Source: Geosiphon pyriformis uo1 (Eukaryota; Fungi; Glomeromycota). Taken from it: a stretch of 64,000 nt of DNA. The notes under the pieces are model-generated. The model made no database searches, was not told the DNA's origin, and was given only the letters and a program-made list of their open reading frames with translations. Location: positions 124,001 to 188,000 of the forward strand of contig JAAOMT010000254.1 of assembly GCA_016748015.1 (NCBI GenBank), read 5' to 3'. Positions 27,124 through 39,348 of the stretch are shown one piece after another (positions within the stretch are counted from its first letter, which is position 1; every line of letters begins with the position of its first letter). A program made the position numbers and the translations under genes.

Positions 27124-28399
27124 AGCCACCAATAATGTCTTAGCTAATGCCAAATTAGGTGTAAAACAAAATTTCTTAAAATACGAAGTGTTCATTGTTG
27201 AGAGATGAAACTTGGTATTTGTTGATCAGTCGATAATATCTCGTATCACGTTCTGTTAAAGATCCATTTTTAACTAGTGATTTATTTATATATGTGAAAT
27301 TTTCATGTATATAATAAAAATAATTAAATTTTTGAAGTGGTGGATTATATCATAGGAAGCACCAAAATGTTATGGGTAATTTATCTGGGTGGGGTGTCGT
27401 AACTTCGGTGCTTTTTATGTAATATCAGTTTTTAAAGTGTTTGATATTTAAAGATTTTAATTAATTCAATTGTCCATTTTATTTGTGAATATATTTTTTA
27501 TAATGCATGATAATTGCTTGCGATTATATTCAGTTTAATTTATGCAATTCAATTACAATCAGTAGTATTTAACATTTGCTTTTTGCCTTTCTAGTAAGTT
27601 AACAATTTATTGTAATATTAATTTTTATGAGATGTTTTTATTTTTTACCAGATTATTATAATATTAAATTACTTTGTTATAATAATCAAATTATTTTTGT
27701 ACTTTTTTTGGCTTTTTTGGGCTAATAACAATTTTTAAAAACAAATATTAAATATTTTAGTGTTTTGTTAATTATTATAATCAAAAACAATTAGTTTAAG
27801 TTATTAAAAACATAATTATGTTAATTAAATCTGGTATTAGAAAAATAATTTACAAAAAAAATATAATACATAAAAATTAAATTTATAAAAAACTTTTATT
27901 TAAAATAAAAAATAAAAAATAGTTTTATTTACTTTAATTAAGTCTGAATTTTTTTAATTAATTAAACCTATTTTAATATATCTTTTTTTTAAACTAAAAA
28001 TTATTTGTATATATACATATTTTTAAAAACTTATTTTTTTTGTTATTTTTTATGTTATTATTATATATAATTTGTTATTTTATATTATTTTATGTTATTA
28101 ATTACTTTATATTATTGCTAAATATTTTGTATTATTATGTATTATTGTTTATTATTTTATATTATTATTAGTTTTTTTATTGTAAATTAATAATTTAATA
28201 CAATTCTTTAAAACTTTTTTCAAAATAGTTTGATTTATATAATTTTTGTTAATAATAAAACTTTATTTTTTTTATTAATAATATTTTAAATAAATATAGC
28301 TTTTATAACTTTTATTTTACATAATTTATTATCCAATAAAATTTTTTATAATTAAAAATTAATAAAAAAAAATCTTTTTTTCTTTTCTATTTTTATAAT

Positions 28400-30330
28400 T
28401 ATAATTAAAGCAAAGAGTAAAAAAGTTTTAAATATTATTTTTTCTATATTAACTAATAAAAAACTGTCTTTAATAATATTTAAAGTATTTTTTTTACTTT
28501 TGGCTGGTGGTTTTATTTTAGTTAAAGTTTTTTTTAAGAAATATACTTAAATCAATTCTAATATTGTTTCTATTCTTTTTAAAACCCCAAAAATATTCAA
28601 CAACAGACTAATTAACAAATTGGTTTTTCTTATTTTTACTATTAATACTATTATTATCTTTTTACAAATGGCTAAAAAGATCAAAAAATTAAAAAAATAA
28701 CAACAGTTACTTGTATTTATTATTATTATACCAAACATCTTTGTGGTTTTAAATAAGATCTTAAATAAAATTTTTTTAGCAGTAATTAGCTTTTTTTCTA
28801 ATATAAACAATAATAACAATAATAATATGTTTTTTAAGATAAGCTAAGATCAACTACTAACTGTATTATTAATATATAGTGTTTTTTAACAAATTATTAT
28901 TGATTTTTAAAGCAAAAAATTTATTGGCTTATCTAATTATAAACTAAATTAATTTCTGTTTTTTTGTTTTTTGATACTGTTTTTAATAATACTTGGAAAA
29001 CAATTTTTAATTGTTAAAAGTTTTTTGAATAAGTAACTTCTATTCTAATATTTAATACTACTTTTAAAATTAAATTGGTCTTGATTACTTTTTTGTTTTA
29101 TTTGTTGTTTGGCTTTATTAAACTTAAGTTAATTTTTAAAGACAATATTAAATTGTTTTGTGTAAATTTTGCTTTTAAAACTTTCTTAGTTGCTATTATT
29201 AAAGTTTTTATTAATGATTTTTTATTATTATTTAAGATTGCAAATTTTTTTGTAATGCTTCTGGTTTTTTTTTATTTTTGTTATATTTTATAATGTTTTT
29301 TTTAGCATATTTTCTAATAATATTAAAAATGCTTTTGGCATTTTTGGTGTTATTATCTCTATTAAATTAAAGTCTGCTAACTTATAACAATATGTTATTG
29401 TTAATTTTAAGAACTTTTTTTTTGCTTTTGCTACTCTTAATAACTGGTTTATATTAGTAAAAAAAGACAATATTCTAATGTTTTTCTTTTAATTAGAAAA
29501 AAGTTATTATTTTTTAAAATTTTTTAAGATTAAATTGACTAATTTTTTTTTTGACTGTATTGTTTTTAAAATTAATAATATGATTTTTTAAATTAGTAGT
29601 TATACTTGTTTTATTTTTTATTTTTTAAATTTTTATTATTGTTAATATTTTGTTATTAATATTTTTAAATCTAAAAACATATTAAAGCTTATTATAATAA
29701 AAACTAGTATTTTATACAAATATTATATTTGGTAAAAAACTTTTGAGTACTGCTATTGTTATAAGTATTAAAGTTTGGATTATTTGTTTGTTAATTATAA
29801 AATAACATTTTTTCTGTCTCTTAAACTATTTTTTAAATTAATAGTTAGCTTTAAGTTTTTTGTGTTATTTTTTGTTAATAATAAGTTTTATGCTATAATT
29901 TTTGTTTTTTTGACTTTTTTGTTTGTTGTTTTTTTAACTATTTCTGCTGCTAATTTTGTTATTAAGTCTAGATTAAATTTTTTAAAAACTTAAAATTTGA
30001 GTTTGATAACTTTAATAAAATTTATTGTTAAGTTTATTGGTTTTTTAGTCATTTTAATTACTAATCTTTTGAATAATAATACTGTCAAAACTTTTTAAAT
30101 TAAAAAAATTTGCTTTTTATAAAATATATTGTTAATAATTTTTTCGATTTTTTGGTTAATGTTTCTAAGAACATTGTTAATTTTAGATCTGAAGTTGATT
30201 TTGGTAATATAAATTATAATAATATGCTGATTGCTAAATTTTTTTTAAATAAAAATATTATTAAGTATATTATAGCTTTGTGATATATGTTAAATTTTAA
30301 TATATTGTACTAAATTGTATTTAGATCTTA
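28400..30330 (+). pseudogene. Extremely AT-eroded LINE-type ORF1 copy (same type as 10075-12162)
   Basis: Residual motifs KAKSKK and KDNIKLFCVNFA shared with 11000-11476. Confidence 0.6.
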
Positions 30331-33300
30331 TTTGTTAAATATAATAAAAAAAATCAATTAATTTTATTATATTTGTTTTATTATTATATTGTTATAGTTA
30401 AAACCCATATTTTTTATTAGTTATCACATGTATTAGTCACTAATGTTATATAATTAGTTACACTATTTTTAAATAGTAATCATTGACTTGATCAATAATC
30501 TGATTGTTAATCTGATTATTGACTTAATTATTAATCTGATTATTAACTTAATTATTGACCTGACCATTAACCTAATTATTGACCACTTTTGATAGCTATA
30601 TAAACAATGAATTTTTTAGCTGTAAAAAAGCATGTTAAAAATACAAAACATACCAGAAATTAAGAAAATCAATTAAATAAAAATAATAGCTTTTATCTCA
30701 ATCTTTCTCTTATTGCTAATTTCACTTTTACTACTTGCAAGTATCCAAATATTTTAGAATAAAAGATTATTCCCTACTTTTTTTCTAAAATATATAATTG
30801 CAGCATTTGAAGATTATTAAATAAAACGTGACTAAAGAGTACATCTGATATCTGATATTGAATTTTAAGAGCACCAATATAAAGCATAGAATTATACCAG
30901 TATGTAATTATTTGTTAACAGTATGGGCTATCTTTTTACCTTCAGATTCCCCAGTTATCTTTTGAAAAGTATAATAACTAAAATATTTATAAAACTGATC
31001 TTGCATATTGAATCCATACTTATTCAATTTGCTCTTTAAAGTTAAATTCCCTTTGATTTCTTTTATTATCTTACAATTTTGTTTTCCTTTGTTATTTGTT
31101 AGCTTGTTACTCCAACTCATAACATAAAAGTGGTGCTCTCTGTAAGATTGTCAAAATCTATTTTGTTTTCTATTGTATAGATAATTATTTATATCTGCCA
31201 TAACAATTAGAAGAACACTTTGAAGCATACAACAAAAACAATCTAGACTTTATTGAACTTAACCTTTTGCCCTTTTGTTTAATTTGCTTTCCTATTGAAA
31301 AACAATTCAGTAGACAATTCCAAAACTTTTGGAACTGGTTCTTGAATGAGCATTCAGTTGAAACTTATACAGTCTATACAACTTATTATTTTGATCAAGC
31401 TTATCTTAAAGACAACTTTGAAGAAAGAAACAACAGCATCAATCAATTTTTATATTCCACAATCTTTGAACAACAGCCCCTTAATTCTGAATACCTAAAT
31501 CACCAAATTCACATTTGGATTGTTGTCTATCAGCTAGCTAAAACACTCTTTGAAACAGAAAAAAAAAGTTATCAAACTGCTCCTGTTTTTGATCTCTTCT
31601 CAAGTAAATCAGAACATTTCACACAAACAGTTATTTCTAAACCAATAGCTAATAACCCTATACAACAAAACATTCTGATTGTTCTTTAAGGCATACAAAT
31701 TGCTTTAAGGTAAAGAAACAATATCCCATTATCATTATTCAAAAATGATACACAAGATCTTATTGAATGATTGGATGACTTTAAAAGAGCTGTTACAGCC
31801 AACCAATATAATAATAAATACAAGTTTCAAATCGTTGGTGGCTATTTTCAAGGCTTTCCTGCTACTTAGTTCTTACAAAAAACCAATGCCAATGCTTAGC
31901 AAAGAATTATTAAATGGGCACCAGCAAATGCTAAAAAAAACAACACCTCTTTTACTATTCAGTTTGAAATAAAATTTAGAATTCCTATCTTGATATCAAA
32001 ATGACACATAAAATTACAAAAAAAGAATCCAAGATCCTGGTGAAGTTGTAACTAAATATGTCAAAGCAATCAAAAAGTTAATCAAGCAGATAGACTTTGA
32101 AAAAAACTAAACAGAAGAGCAGAAAACTCATTCCTTTACAAAAAGATTGAGAACTGATTTTTTATATGCTCTTTGGCCCCTTTTGGTCCTGAAAGACAAT
32201 CCCATAATAGATATAGCCATTGAACTAGCCCAACAAATTGAAGACAATCAAAGAATGCACTTAAGATCCACACTTCCAGTTTTTGTTCCTGCTCTTGTTA
32301 TGGCTCTTGCTTTTTAAATGGCTGCTATTTCTTTTGTTGCCCAAACTTCAAATTCCAATAAACAATTGATAGATAGATTCACAGCCAATCTTGTCCAGTT
32401 ACTGGAATCTTTAGCCCAAGCAGTCAGAGAAAATCAACAATCCCAAAGACCCAGATATGAACCCCATTTTAATTAGTTCCAGCAACCTTCTTATCAAAGA
32501 CAACAAAATCATGACCCATCTGTGTGTTATTGCTGTAAATTAACTGAACATTTTTCCAAAAATTGCAACAATTCTCCTCTGCCTCCTTCAGCTCCCAGAA
32601 ACAATAACAATCAAAACAACAAAACCATCAACAATAATGTCCTCAATCAAAGATCCAATCATGCCAACATCAATTTCTTTGGAGAGAATCTCTTAGTTGA
32701 AGCTACTGTTTATTAACTTTTAAACTGGTAGACACATTTTCAAAGAGTGAAAGTGCAAGCCAACTAGAAAAAAACTTTTTTTATGTTTTTAACCTAATTG
32801 ATGATAACTATGACATAGATAAACTAGCAATCAATACCTCTGAATTAACAAGAAAGAAGAAAAAAGCCAATGTTGATTTTGTTTTGGATCCAAACAAAGC
32901 ATCCACATTAACTGCTGATAACAATGAGCCACCAAAGGCTAAAGTTTTTAAAAATCTTCCAAAGTTGGAACTCCCAAAAATTGTACAAAAATATGGTTCT
33001 TATTCTATTGTTAAAGATCTTATGGAAACTTCAGCACACATTATATTTGACCAACTTATGACTCATTCACAGTTCAAAAAAAATCTTTGCAAATCATTGA
33101 TTCCAAAAAAAAAACCACCAAAAACCAACAAGCACTCTTGCCAAGCTGGACTTATTGACAACAACAATATTACCTTTTTTATTTGCAAAGCTTAAGTGGC
33201 TAGTTATTTTATTGACTTGATCCTAGACAATGAATTATCTGTTAATGTAATTTCCAAACACTTTCTAGAAGCCATTAAAAAAAAAATTAATGAATCTTCT

Positions 33301-34355
33301 ACCTAATCTATAACCAATGTACATAATGACAAAAAAAAAGGCCTGGACATAGCCAAAGTTGTTCCTGTTTGCATCAGTATTGAAATTGACATGGAAATAT
33401 CTGAAGCAAAAGAGTACACTATAATTGTTGACAATGATTGGTTCAAGAAAGCCAAAGCACTACTTGACTATAAACTTTATAAGCTAATTATCAGATATGG
33501 TGAGAAGCCTATTGTAATTAAGTGCTGTTATTAAACAACTCTTCCAGTACCCAAGCAGAATCAAAAAGATAAACAATCAGATAAATCAGATAATGATGAG
33601 AGTAATGAAGAAGAAGATCAAGAAGATCAAGAGGAAACTGTTAAACTTGCCTATATCATTTTTACCAGCAATAGCAAGCCACTAGACAATGTCAAAGCTA
33701 ACAAAGAAAGAATCATTGTAAATGACAAACTAATCTGCTGGTTCTACAATGATATTTTCAGAAGAATCTTTGATAGAAAGCCTGGCAAGAAAGCAAAATA
33801 CAGTTATTGGTGATATGGCTTTTGTGCCTGATGCTAGTGTAATAAACCTTTGTATTTTCTTAGTGATGAATACAAATCTTGCCTAATCTACTACAAAGAT
33901 TGGGAACTCATTAGCCTAATACCAAAAGAAGAACTAAGAGAAGTACAAAAGTTTTTTGAAAATAAACCACCTGAAATTCAATTATTTGTAATAGAACAAA
34001 AAAAACTCTCTTCTTAAGAAAGAAAAGTAGACATTGAAAATCTATTGGCTAGAAATAGCCCAGTTATTTTAAAAGAAGATGATATTTCTGAACAAACCCA
34101 TATAATACAATACACTATTACCACCAAAAAAATTCACCCCATCTATTTGAAGCCTTATCAATTCAATTGACACAATAATAAATTCATCAAGAAAGAGATA
34201 ACCCAAATAAAAAATCTTGGATTTATACAAAAAACCAAGAGTGAATAAACTTTTTCAGTTGTAGTAGTGTTATGGTTGAAACACATAGTTTTTATTAATT
34301 ATCACATGTATTAGCCACTGATGTCATATAATTAGCCACCTTATTTTTAGATAGT

Positions 34356-34487
34356 AATCGTTGACTTGATCAATAATCTGACCATTGACCTGATCATTGA
34401 CCTGATCATTGACCTGATCAATGACTTGATCATTGACCTGATCATTGACCTAATCATTGACCTGATCGTTGATCTGGTCGTTGACCA
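34356..34487 (+). repeat. 12-bp tandem repeat (ATTGACCTGATC)n in U3 of family B LTRs, upstream of a TATA-like GCTATATAAG
   Basis: About 11 units here; also at ~30480-30585, 41418-41549, 43779-43850, 46022-46165 and 62921-63052. Confidence 0.9.
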
Positions 34488-35011
34488 CTTTAGATAGCTA
34501 TATAAGTGATGATTCCCTTAACTGTAAAAAGACATGATCAAAGTAATAAAATAAACAATATTAATTACTTCCTTTCATAATCGCTTATTCCTCTTTCCTT
34601 ACCTTCAAGTATCTACTTGTTGGTATTTACATACCTTATCTTTTCCCCTTCTTGATTTGTATTTGTTAGAATTAGCCTGAGAAGCAATCGGCTTGCTCTT
34701 GTAATTCATTGAATAAAGAAACGATTGAAAAGTACAATAATACCTGTTATTGATTCTAAGAATCGCCGAGTTGAGGCATAGAATAATAGCAGCGGTGTTA
34801 TTTTGTTGACAATCACGGACTATTCCTCTACCTTCAGATTTAAGAAAAGATTAGCAACTGTGATTTTTATGAGACTGATCACGCACATTGAATTCCTACT
34901 TATTTAATTCACTCCCTTATTGTAATTCCTTCTTTGTTTATTTCCATCACCATACAATACTGTTCTCCCTTGCTATCCATTAGCTTGTTACCCCAACCCA
35001 TAACATAAAAG

Positions 35012-35030
35012 TGGTGCTCCCTGTGAGGTT
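35012..35030 (+). promoter_or_regulatory. PBS of B1 (TGGTGCTCCCTGTGAGGTT), best matching elongator tRNA-Met
   Basis: The complement AACCTCACAGGGAGCACCA fits the 3' end pattern of eukaryotic elongator tRNA-Met (Ile-UAU is also similar). 6-nt spacer TAAAAG after the LTR. Confidence 0.8.
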
Positions 35031-35057
35031 GTCAAAATTCACTTATTCCCTCATTGT

Positions 35058-36599
35058 ATGGGTGATTACTCATATCTGCCACAGCAATCAAAAGAACACT
35101 TTGTAGCATACAACAGAAACAACCAAAGTTTCATTGAACTTAATCCTCTGCCCTCCTGCTTGATCTGCTTCCCCCTTGAAGAACAATCAAGTAGACAATT
35201 CCAAGACTTTTGGAACTGGTTCCTGAACAAGCATTCAGCTGAAACCTACACAGCTTATACAACCTATTACTTTAACCAAGCTTATTTTGAAAATGACTTT
35301 GAAGAAAAAAACAACAGTATCAATCAGCTCTTATATTCTGCAATCTTTGAACAACAGTCCTCTGATTTCGAATATCTGAATCATCAAATCCACATTTGGA
35401 TTGCTGCCCATCAAGCAACTGAAACTCCCTTTGAAACAGAAGAAGAAAGCTACCAAACTGCCTCTGTTTTTGATCTTTTATCAAGTGAATCAGACTTGTC
35501 TGCACAAACAGTTACCCCTGAACCAATGGCTAATGACCTCATGCAAGCAAACATTCTGGCCACCCTCCAAGGTATACAAACTGCTCTAAGGCAAAAAAAT
35601 AACACCCCAATACCATTATTTAGAGGTGATGCACAAGATCCAATTGAATAGTTGGATGACTTTGAAAGAGCCGCTACAGCCAATCAATATGATGATGAGT
35701 ACAAGTTCCAAATTGTTGGTGGCTACCTTCAAGGATCTCCTGCTACCTGGTTCTTACAAGAAACAGATGCCAATGCTCAGCAAAGAATCATTAGATGGAC
35801 ACCAGCAAATATGAAAGAAATCAACACTTTTTTCACTACCTGGTTTGAAAACAAGTTCAGAACCCCAATATTAATATCAAAATAGCATATGGAATTGGAA
35901 AGAAGAACCCAAGGTCCCAGTGAAGTTGTAACCAAATATGCCAAAGCAATCAGAAAGTTAATCAAATGAGTAGACACTAGAAGAAATTGGACAGAAGAGC
36001 AGAAAATTCACTACTTCACAAAAAAATTGAGAACTAATCTATTGTATGCTCTTTGGCCCTTCCTGGCCCTAAAAGATAATCCCACCATAGATATGGCCAT
36101 TGAATTAGCACAAAGAATTGAAGACAACCAAAGGATGCACTTGGGATCCACACTACCAGTTTTTGCTCCTGTTCCTGTCATGGCTCCTGTCTCTCAAATG
36201 GCTGCTACTTCTTTTGCCATTCACACTCAAGATCCAAATGAACAGTTAATAGACAGACTTACAACAAATCTTACTCGGTTATTAGAACCCTTAGCCCAAG
36301 CAGTTAGAGAAAATCAGCAATCACAAAGACCCAGATTTGAACCATGCTTCAATCAGCCCCAGCAACCACCTTATCAAAGACAACAAAATTGTGGCCCACC
36401 TGTATGCTATCGCTGTGGATTAACTGGACACTTTTCAAGAGATTGCAACAATCCTCCACCAGTCCCCAGAAACAATGATGCTCAGAACAACAGGATCAAC
36501 AACAACAATGTGTTAATCCAAAGACCCAATCATGCCAACATCAATTTCTTTGGAGAGGATCCCCTAGTTGAAGCCACTGCTTATCAGCCTTTAAACTAG
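35058..36599 (+). pseudogene. Gag of B1 with CCHC zinc knuckle (few premature stops)
   Basis: PLFRGDAQDPIE.LDDFERAATAN capsid motif and CYRCGLTGHFSRDC. Confidence 0.92.
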
Positions 36600-36632
36600 T
36601 AGGCGCACCTCCAAAGGATGAGAGTGCAAGCC
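36590..36632 (+). promoter_or_regulatory. Putative -1 ribosomal frameshift signal (T TTA AAC + downstream stem)
   Basis: The heptamer is in correct phase at the gag end and pol is in the -1 frame; GGCGCAC...GTGCAAGCC can pair. The heptamer is conserved in B0 (32719-32725) and B2 (60802-60808). Confidence 0.8.
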
Positions 36633-39283
36633 AACCAGAAGAAAACCCCTTTTATGCTTTTAACTTAATTAATGATGACCATGACATGGATGAATTAGCA
36701 ATCAACCCCTCTGAATCCACAAAAAAGAAGAAGAAAGCCAAAGTTGATTTCGTTCTAGATCCCAATAAAGCTTCTACATCAACTGCTGACAACAATGAGC
36801 CCCCAAAAGCCAAAGTTTTCAAGAACCCTCCAAAGTTGAAACCCCCAGAAATAGTACAAAAATCCGGTCCCTATTCTGTTGTCAAAGACCTTATGGAAAC
36901 CCCAGCACATATAATCTTTGGCCAATTGATAACCCATCCACAATTCAGAAAAGATCTTCACAAATCTCTGATTCCAAAGAAAAAGACACCCAAAACCAAC
37001 AAATGCCTTCACCAAACTGGACTTGCTGACAATAGCAATGTCACTCCTTTAATTTGTAAAGCCCAAGTGGCTGGCTACTTCATCGATTTGATCCTAGACA
37101 GTGGATCATCTGTTAGTGTTATTGCCAAACACTTTCTTAAAGCAATTGGCAGAAAAATTGATGAACCATCTACACGACCAATGACCAATGTGCATGATGA
37201 TAAAAAAAAAAGGCTTGGCATAGCCAAAGCTATTCCTGTCCACATCAATGGCATCAGCATTGAAACTGATATGGAAGTGTCTGAAGCAAAAGAATACACT
37301 ATCATTGTTGACAATAAATGGTTCAAGAAAACAAAGGCTTTGCTTGATTATAAACTCTGTGAACTAACCATCAGATGTGGTGAAAAACCCATTGTGGTTA
37401 AGTGTCACCATTGGACAACTCCCCCAGTACCCAAGCAGAGTTCAGAAGAAAATGAATCAGATGAATCAGATGATGAAGAAAGTGAGGAAGAAGAAGAACA
37501 AGAAGAACAAGAAGAGACTGCTGAACTCGCCTATACCATCTTCACTAGCAATGGCAAACCACTGAATAATGTCAAGGCAGATAAAGAAGGAATCATTGTC
37601 AATGGCAAGCTAATCTGCTGGCCTTATTATGATATGCTCAGAAGAACCTTTAACAGAAAGCCAGACAAGAAAGCCAAATACAGTTATTGGTGGCATGGTC
37701 CTTGTGCCCGGTGCTGGTGCGACAAACCATTGTATTCTCCTAGCGATGAATGCATGTCCTGCCTGATCTATTACAAAGATTGGGAACCAATCAGCTTAAT
37801 ATCCCGAGAGGAAATAAAAGAAGTCCAAAAGTCCTTTGAAAATGAACCACCTGAAATCCAATCACTGGTTGTAGAACAAAAAGAACTCTCTCCAGAAGAA
37901 AGAAAAGTAGACATTGAAAACCTGCTGGCTAGAAACAGCCCAGTTATCTTAAAAAAAGGTGAACCTCCTGGATGTACACATGTGATACAACACACCATCA
38001 TTACCAGAGAAACTCACCCCATCCATTTGAAGCCCTATCAATCCAACTGGCGCAATGATGAGTTTATCAAAAAGGAAATAACCCAAATGAAAACCCTTGG
38101 ATTCATACAAGAAACCAAGAGTGAATAGGCATTCCCAGTTGTAGTGGTATCCAAGAAAGGAGGAACCCTACACTTTTGTGTTGACTATCGCCAATTAAAT
38201 GCCATTACTGAAAGAGACATGTACCCACTTCCCAAGATTGATGCAATGCTAGACCAATTCCATGGTACCGCTTTCTTTTCAACTATTGACTTAACTGCTG
38301 GATTCTGGCAAGTAAAGATGGATCCAGAAAGCAGAAAGAAAACTGCCTTCATCACCAAGTATGGTATCTACAAATTCACAGTCATGTCTTTTGGTTTCAC
38401 AAATGCTCCTTCCACATTTCAACGCTTAATGGACAAAGTATTTGAATCAGTAAAAGAAAACTTTGTTTTAGTCTACTTGGACGACATAATGGTATACTCA
38501 AAAACCTGGGATGAACACCTTGAACATTTGCAAAAGGTTTTTGACCTTCTTAAAAATGCTGGTCTCAAGATCAATCCAATCAAATCATTCTTTGGACGTC
38601 AATCCACCCAGTTCCTTGGCCATCTTATTACAAAAGATGGAATTTTCCCTGATCCAGCCAAAATTGAAAAAGTTCAAAACATTAGACAACTAATGAATGT
38701 TCATGAACTACACTCTTTTCTTGGTTTGGTCTCTTATTATCGCAAGTTTGTCAAGGATTTCTCCAAAATCACTGCTCCTCTCAATTAGCTACTTAGGAAA
38801 AACATCAATTATCACTGAGGCACTCATCAACAAAAAGCATTTGAAATTCTAAAAGAAAAACTGGTTACAGCACCCATCCTTATGCAACCTAATTTGGATC
38901 AATCTTTTATCCTCCACACTGATACATCTGGCTATGAACTTGGTGCTGTTCTTTCCCAAAAAGATGAAGATAACAGAGAACACGCCGTAGCATATGTTAG
39001 TAGAACTCTCACACCAGCAGAAAAGAACTACTCAATTACTGAACAGGAATGCTTAACAGTAGTTTGGGCTACCAGCTACTGGGACAAATATCTTAAGGGT
39101 GTGAAATTTTTGGTGGTAACAGATCACCAAGCTTTGGTTTGGCTACACAACAAAAGAAACCTGGAACATAAACAGATAACTCGCTAGATACTCCACTTGG
39201 ACGAATTCGACTATGACATTCAACACCGCAAAGGAGCTAATCATCAAAACACCAACACTCTCTCCAGACTTACCATCCAGTGA
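36600..39283 (+). pseudogene. Pol (protease - acidic/Zn linker - RT - RNase H) of B1
   Basis: LILDSGSS, YLDD, LHTDTSG, EQECL, VTDHQAL; ends LSRLTIQ followed by TGA TAG TAA. Confidence 0.95.
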
Positions 39284-39348
39284 TAGTAATACCCTCTTAA
39301 ACCAAACCAACTTAATTATTTGTAACTCCCCCACAAACAAACACGATA

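Noticed and set aside
27350-27376. GGAAGCACCA-AAATGTTATGGG as an LTR/PBS junction
   Set aside because: No LTR or gag similarity on either side; better explained as one arm of a hairpin.
27500-30390. Short F/L/I/K-rich ORFs as membrane proteins
   Set aside because: Compositional by-products of AT-eroded transposon DNA.
34356-34487. 12-bp and 51-bp repeat arrays as CRISPR arrays
   Set aside because: Head-to-tail repeats with no unique spacers, no cas genes, eukaryotic context.
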